Source: an uncultured Verrucomicrobiae bacterium (GTDB lineage: Bacteria; Verrucomicrobiota; Verrucomicrobiia; Chthoniobacterales; Chthoniobacteraceae). Taken from it: a stretch of 64,000 nucleotides of DNA. This document shows, in pieces, positions 59,018 to 64,000 of the stretch. Each line of letters opens with the position of its first letter. Positions within the stretch are counted from its first letter, which is position 1. The translations under genes and the position numbers were made by a program. The stretch spans positions 416,001 to 480,000 of the forward strand of contig CAVYKI010000012.1 in NCBI GenBank assembly GCA_963769025.1. The letters run 5' to 3'. The notes below the pieces were generated by a model. It was not told the origin of the DNA and did no database searches. It saw nothing but the letters and a program-made list of their open reading frames with translations.

Positions 59018-60259
59018 TCACCGCGGCTGCGACTTCGGCCCGAAACGCGCCACCGCCGCCTTCATGAAGCCTCCGTACATCACCTTCTGCTGCTCGCCTG
59101 GCATGTCGAAGCGCTCGACGAGGATCACCATCGCCAGCCCGTTCTCCGGGTCGATCCACATCGCCGTGCGCCGTGCGCCCCGGTGCCCGAAGCTGCCCGC
59201 GGCCGGCCCTTCCTCGTCGGTGAGCTTCACGCTCCAGCCGATGCCGTAGGTTTCCTGCGGACTCAGCTTCACGTCGCCGATCTGCGGCGCGCTCATCTCG
59301 CGCACGGCCTTTTCGGAAAGGTAGCGTTTGCCGTCGAGTTCGCCGCCCCGCAGCAGCATTCGGCAGAACTGGCCGAGATCGCGTGCCGTGGAAAAGTAGC
59401 CGCCCGCAGGCATCGCGTAGCGTTTGCCATAATCGAAGGCGATGCCGAAGCCCATGTCCTGCGTGACCGCCCGCGGCACGGGCAGGCCGCCGCTGAACTT
59501 GAGGATGTGCTCCGGCTTCGCGTTCGCGTCCTGGACGATCTCGACAAGGTCCTTCTTGTCCTCGGTGAAGCGCGCCGTGTGCGCGAGCCGCGCGGCCTGC
59601 TCCTCGTTCGGCCAGCACGTCGTGTCCTTCATGCCGAGCGGATCAAGGAGCCGCTTTTGCATGAACTCCGCATACGTCATCCCGCTCACGACCTCGATGA
59701 TGCGCGCGCCGGTGTTGATGCCGCAGTTGTTGTATTCGTATTTCGTGCCCGGCTCCTGCCGCAGCGGATGCTTCGCGTATTCGAGCACGTCATCCTTCAG
59801 CACTTGCGTGCGTTTCAAAGTCTTCTCGCTCGCGAGCACGAGGCCGCTCGTGTGGCTCATGATCTCGCGCACGGTGATCGGATGCCCCGGCGGATGCATC
59901 TCGATGCCCTCCTGCTCGACCCGCTGCCCCTTGAACTCCGGCAGATGTTTCTCCACCGGATCGTCGAGGCTCACCTTGCCCTCATCCACGAGCATCATGA
60001 GCGCGGTGCCGGTGAGCGATTTGCTCATCGAGGCGATCCAAAACACCGCGTCCTCCCGGATCGGCACCTTCCTCGCGAGACTCGCGTAGCCGGCCTTCTC
60101 CAGCGAGACAACGCCGTCCCTGTTCGCCACAAGCGCAACCACGCCCGGCGCGATGCGCCCAGCCACGAACGACTGCAGGACGGTCGCAATCGGCGCCGGC
60201 GCGTCAGTGGCCAACAAAAGGCAAGGAACCAGCAGCAGGGTAACGAGCGTTCGTTTCAT
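59018..60259 (-). CDS. Serine hydrolase, beta-lactamase (AmpC/esterase) family
   Basis: SxxK (SMSK), SHTSG, YxN (YEYNN), PLGMKDT, FGHRGA. Confidence 0.9.
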   Translation of the reverse strand: MKRTLVTLLLVPCLLLATDAPAPIATVLQSFVAGRIAPGVVALVANRDGVVSLEKAGYASLARKVPIREDAVFWIASMSKSLTGTALMMLVDEGKVSLDDPVEKHLPEFKGQRVEQEGIEMHPPGHPITVREIMSHTSGLVLASEKTLKRTQVLKDDVLEYAKHPLRQEPGTKYEYNNCGINTGARIIEVVSGMTYAEFMQKRLLDPLGMKDTTCWPNEEQAARLAHTARFTEDKKDLVEIVQDANAKPEHILKFSGGLPVPRAVTQDMGFGIAFDYGKRYAMPAGGYFSTARDLGQFCRMLLRGGELDGKRYLSEKAVREMSAPQIGDVKLSPQETYGIGWSVKLTDEEGPAAGSFGHRGARRTAMWIDPENGLAMVILVERFDMPGEQQKVMYGGFMKAAVARFGPKSQPR

Positions 60260-60286
60260 GTTTGGGAAGGTTGAATCCTGAGCCGT

Positions 60287-60994
60287 TCAGCGCGCCGGCC
60301 ATTTGGCGCGGACCGTCCGCTCCCATTCGTCGGCCATCAATTGGTGGCCGGAGTAAGTCGGATGCACGCCGTCCCAGATCCAGTGTTCGGCAGGAGCCGC
60401 TTTGCACGCAGCTTCGAAGACGGGCTGGAAACGCACCAGCGCCCCATCGTGCTTCGCAGCCAGCCTGGCGACCACATCCTGCCGCGCCTGAATGCCCGCA
60501 CGCCACTCCACATAGCCGTCCTTCCGTCTGCCGACGGGCAGCGTGAATGGCTCGCAAAGGACGAGCCGCAGCTTGGGATTCGCCGCCCGCGCCTGCGCGA
60601 TGAGTCCGTCATACGTCCGCTCGTATTCGTCGAGCGGCACGCCATGCGACTGATCGTTCACGCCGATGAGGATGCTCAGCACATCGGGTTTCAAATCGAT
60701 GGTGTCCTTGTCCCACCGCTTCTGGAGTTCACGCACCGTATTGCCCGACGATCCGCGATTCAAAAAATCGAGATTCATCGCGGCAAACGCAGCGCCGTAT
60801 TTGGCGGCGATGATGAAGGCGTAACCGTGGCCGAGAATGTGGTTCGGATCAGCGCTGCGCCCGCGATTGCCATCCGTGATCGAATCGCCCTGAAACAGAA
60901 TGCGAGCACCTGCCGTAAACGCGGCGATGGATTCCGTCGCCTGGAGCTTCGCGGTCAGCAGCACGCACACGAAAAGCGCTATGATTGGGTTCAT
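60287..60994 (-). CDS. SGNH/GDSL hydrolase
   Basis: FQGDSITD, NRGSSGN, LIGVND, DGVHP. Confidence 0.92.
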   Translation of the reverse strand: MNPIIALFVCVLLTAKLQATESIAAFTAGARILFQGDSITDGNRGRSADPNHILGHGYAFIIAAKYGAAFAAMNLDFLNRGSSGNTVRELQKRWDKDTIDLKPDVLSILIGVNDQSHGVPLDEYERTYDGLIAQARAANPKLRLVLCEPFTLPVGRRKDGYVEWRAGIQARQDVVARLAAKHDGALVRFQPVFEAACKAAPAEHWIWDGVHPTYSGHQLMADEWERTVRAKWPAR

Positions 60995-61283
60995 GGCAGG
61001 AAACACTGCGGGGCGGATCGAAAGACATCAATGCAGCACCGCATCCGCGCACGGGACGGCGGCCTGCCCCAGCACCGCTCCCCGAATTTCAGTTTTCCCC
61101 GAAGTGCGATCTGCCAATGCCACGCCGCGGCATCCATCACGCTTCGTGCATGGAATTTCGGGCGTGCGTTTCGGTCGCAACTCGAACGATAAGAGGCAGC
61201 GATTTTCGCACCGCAAGAACGCTGCCACGCTTGTCCACCGAAACGGATTCAGCCGGGTCAGCACCGCCCCCTTTTACCGCACC

Positions 61284-62399
61284 ATGAATGTCCCGCCTGC
61301 TTCGCCCAAACTGATCTTCGACTGCCACCTCGACATCGCGATGAATGCGATGGAGTTCAACCGCGACCAGCGGTGGACCCTCGAGAAAATCCGACGTGCC
61401 GAGACCGTCGCGAATGCGATCCATCCCGATGGCGTGCGGGGTCGGATGCGCAATGCGGTTTGTTTTCCCGAACTGCGCCGCGGCCGCATCGGCATCATCG
61501 TCGCCACGCAGATCGCGCGTTACGTGCCGCCCTTTGGCAAACTGCCGGGTTGGCAGAGCCCCGAGCAGGCGTGGGCGCATACGCAGGGGCAGTTCGCCTA
61601 TTACCGGGCGATGGAGGACTGCGGGGAGATGCTCCAGCTTCGGACTTGGGCGGATGTCGAGACGCATGCCGCGAAGTGGCTCGCCGCATCCGATGCCGAG
61701 GCGGCGACGCTGCCAATCGGCTACCTGCTGAGCCTCGAAGGCGCGGATTCGATCCTGAGCTGGCGGCATTTGGAAAAGTCGCGCGCGGACGGGCTCATCG
61801 CGATCGGGCCCGTGCACTACGGGCCAGGAATCTACGGCCATGGGACGGACGACGAAGGCCCGCTGACGCCGAAGGGCCGCGAGCTGCTGAAGGAAATGGA
61901 GCGGCTCGGCCTCATCCTCGATGTCACGCATCTCTGCGATGAGAGCATGCGTGACGCTCTCGACCGTTTCAGCGGCCCCGTCTGGGCGAGCCATCATAAC
62001 TGCCGCGCGCTCGCGAACTGGAACCGCCAGCTCAGCGACGGGCAAATCAAGGAACTGGTCGCGCGCGGCGCCGTCATCGGCATGGCGTTCGATGCGATCA
62101 TGATGGTCCACGGCTGGCGGCATCGCGTTTCGACGCCGCAGGAATTCCATCTGCGCATCGAGAGAATCTGCGACCACATCGATCACATCTGCCAGCTCGC
62201 CGGGAACGCGCGGCACGTCGGCATCGGCACCGATCTCGACGGCGGCTACGGCACCGAGCAGACGCCGCTCGATCTCGACAGCATCGCGGACATCGCAAGT
62301 CTCGACGGACTCCTTGCCCATCGCGGCTACAGTGCGGAGGACATCACCGGTATCCTGCGCGGGAATTTCTTCCGCTTCATGCGCGAGCACCTGAAGTAG
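61284..62399 (+). CDS. Membrane dipeptidase (peptidase M19)
   Basis: FDCHLD, SLEGAD, LDVTH, ASHHN, HVGIGTDLDG. Confidence 0.9.
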   Translation: MNVPPASPKLIFDCHLDIAMNAMEFNRDQRWTLEKIRRAETVANAIHPDGVRGRMRNAVCFPELRRGRIGIIVATQIARYVPPFGKLPGWQSPEQAWAHTQGQFAYYRAMEDCGEMLQLRTWADVETHAAKWLAASDAEAATLPIGYLLSLEGADSILSWRHLEKSRADGLIAIGPVHYGPGIYGHGTDDEGPLTPKGRELLKEMERLGLILDVTHLCDESMRDALDRFSGPVWASHHNCRALANWNRQLSDGQIKELVARGAVIGMAFDAIMMVHGWRHRVSTPQEFHLRIERICDHIDHICQLAGNARHVGIGTDLDGGYGTEQTPLDLDSIADIASLDGLLAHRGYSAEDITGILRGNFFRFMREHLK

Positions 62400-62415
62400 C
62401 CCGCGCCTGGCTACC

Positions 62416-63849
62416 TCACGCGAGCAGGCCTTTCACGAGCTTGCCGTGGACGTCGGTGAGGCGGTAGCGGCGGCCTTGGAATTTGTAGGTGAGCCGCTCG
62501 TGGTCGATGCCGAGCAGGTGCAGCATCGTCGCGTGGAAATCGTGGATGTGGACGCCGTCGCTCACGACGTTGTAGCCAAACTCGTCCGTCTCGCCGAACA
62601 CCGTGCCGGCCTTGATGCCGCCGCCCGCCATCCATGCGGTGAAGCAGCGCGGATGGTGGTCGCGGCCAAAGTTCGCCGAGATTTTCCCCTGGCAGTAATT
62701 CGTGCGGCCGAACTCGCCGCCCCACACGACGAGCGTGTCATCCAGCAAGCCGCGCTGCTTGAGATCGCGCACGAGCGCAGCCGCGGCTTGATCGGTTTCC
62801 TTGCAGAGCTTTGGCAGCGCGCCGGGCAGTCCGCCGTGGTGATCCCAGTCCTGATGATAGAGCTGGATGAACCGCACGCCGCGCTCCGCGAGCCGTCGCG
62901 CCTGCAGGCAGTTCGCGGCGAAGGTTCCGGGCGTGTTCACATCTGGCCCGTAGGCTTCCAGCGTTTCCTTCGATTCGTTCGAGATGTCCGTGACGTCCGG
63001 GATGCTCGTCTGCATCCGGAACGCCATTTCGTAATTGTCGATCCGGCTCTGAATCTCCGCGTCCGGCGTGCCCTCGAGCTGGTGCTCGTGCAATTCGCGC
63101 AGCCGATCGAGCATCAGCCGCCGTCCATCGGCGCTCACGCCCGCGGGATTGCCGAGGTAAAGCACGGGATCCTTCGCCGCGCGGAACTGCACGCCCTGGT
63201 GCCGCGTCGGCAAAAATCCGCTGCCCCACAAGTGCGACCCGAGCGGCTGCCCGCCCTTGCCCTTCGTGATGAGCACGGTGAAGGACGGCAGGTTCGCATT
63301 CTCCTGGCCGAGCCCGTAGCTCAGCCACGCGCCGATGCTCGGCCGTCCCGCAATCTGCGTGCCCGTCTGCATGAAAGTGACGCCCGGCCCGTGGTTGATC
63401 GCCTCGGTGAACATCGAGCGCACGAAGCACAGATCATCCGCCACGCCCGCCGTGTGCGGCAGCAGTTCGCTCAGCCACGCGCCGCCCTTGCCGTGCTGCG
63501 CAAACTTGAACGGCGAGCCGACGAGCGGGATGGAAGACTGGTTGCCCGACATTCCCGTGAGCCGCTGCCCGCCGCGCACCGAGTCGGGAAGCTGCTCGCC
63601 GTGGCGCTTGTTCAGCAGCGGCTTGTAGTCGAACAGATCGAGCTGCGAAGGCCCGCCCGACATGAAGAGGTAGATCACGCGCTTCGCCTTCGGCGCAAAG
63701 TGCGGGCGTCCGAGCACGCCGAAGTCCCTGCCCGGCGCGCCGTGTGCCGCGCCGGCGAGCATCTCCGCGAGCGCGACACCGCCGAGGCCCATGCCGAAGC
63801 GGTTGAGGAAATGGCGGCGGTTGAATGCGGGTGGGAGCGGGTCGTTCAT
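62416..63849 (-). CDS. DUF1501 family protein (Tat signal)
   Basis: NRRHFL, PKAKRVIYLFMSGGPSQ, YEMAFRMQ, WDHH, GEFGRT, GRDHHP. Confidence 0.92.
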   Translation of the reverse strand: MNDPLPPAFNRRHFLNRFGMGLGGVALAEMLAGAAHGAPGRDFGVLGRPHFAPKAKRVIYLFMSGGPSQLDLFDYKPLLNKRHGEQLPDSVRGGQRLTGMSGNQSSIPLVGSPFKFAQHGKGGAWLSELLPHTAGVADDLCFVRSMFTEAINHGPGVTFMQTGTQIAGRPSIGAWLSYGLGQENANLPSFTVLITKGKGGQPLGSHLWGSGFLPTRHQGVQFRAAKDPVLYLGNPAGVSADGRRLMLDRLRELHEHQLEGTPDAEIQSRIDNYEMAFRMQTSIPDVTDISNESKETLEAYGPDVNTPGTFAANCLQARRLAERGVRFIQLYHQDWDHHGGLPGALPKLCKETDQAAAALVRDLKQRGLLDDTLVVWGGEFGRTNYCQGKISANFGRDHHPRCFTAWMAGGGIKAGTVFGETDEFGYNVVSDGVHIHDFHATMLHLLGIDHERLTYKFQGRRYRLTDVHGKLVKGLLA

Positions 63850-63904
63850 GACAGGAAGCAAGGGAGGAAAATGGCTCTGATCATCAAGTGAGGATGCTGA
63901 AACC

Positions 63905-63992
63905 CGTAGCCGCCGACGGCAGGAGGCGGGCTGATTTCTCGCACGGAGCAGTCGAGGAAAAGCGTGCCCGCCTCCTTCCGTCGGCGGCTACG
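63905..63992. repeat. GTAG-type REP doublet (REPIN-like)
   Basis: CGTAGCCGCCGACGGCAGGAGGCGGGC ... GCCCGCCTCCTTCCGTCGGCGGCTACG, near-perfect inverted arms. Confidence 0.85.
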
Positions 63993-64000
63993 AGGAAACG

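Noticed and set aside
59018..60259. Antibiotic-resistance beta-lactamase
   Set aside because: Motifs fit the broad serine-hydrolase family, and it lies among esterases with no mobile context
53863..61000. Genomic island integrated at tRNA-Gly
   Set aside because: No integrase, no duplicated tRNA 3' end and no clear composition shift within the window

Overview
GC-rich bacterial chromosome segment. The 16S sequence and gene content point to Verrucomicrobiota, probably Chthoniobacterales-like (my recognition, no search run). Core content: murU/amgK-like recycling genes, an ECF sigma operon, der, a complete minus-strand rRNA operon (16S-tRNA-Ala-tRNA-Ile-23S-5S), cdsA-dxr-rseP-ispG, lptD, serS, nth, waaA, leuD and tRNA-Gly. 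There are also many PVC-typical secreted-protein genes (DUF1501, DUF1549/1553, DUF1552/1592, a multiheme cytochrome). Many genes, including essential ones, carry frameshifts that look like long-read consensus indels rather than pseudogenisation. Best observations: (1) palindromic REP-like elements of several families sit between genes and also in-frame inside proteins (a 34-codon insert with a TT duplication in a VWA protein, 17 codons in IspG, about 27 codons in a Ser/Thr kinase); (2) an ECF sigma/anti-sigma/HtrA operon whose HtrA lacks all three catalytic residues; (3) an mrr-like gene whose middle is replaced by an inverted, doubly truncated GMC-oxidoreductase block; (4) a VapBC module inside the MEP/rseP operon; (5) a compensatory base-pair flip in 16S helix 3. 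All family assignments come from motif recognition by eye.
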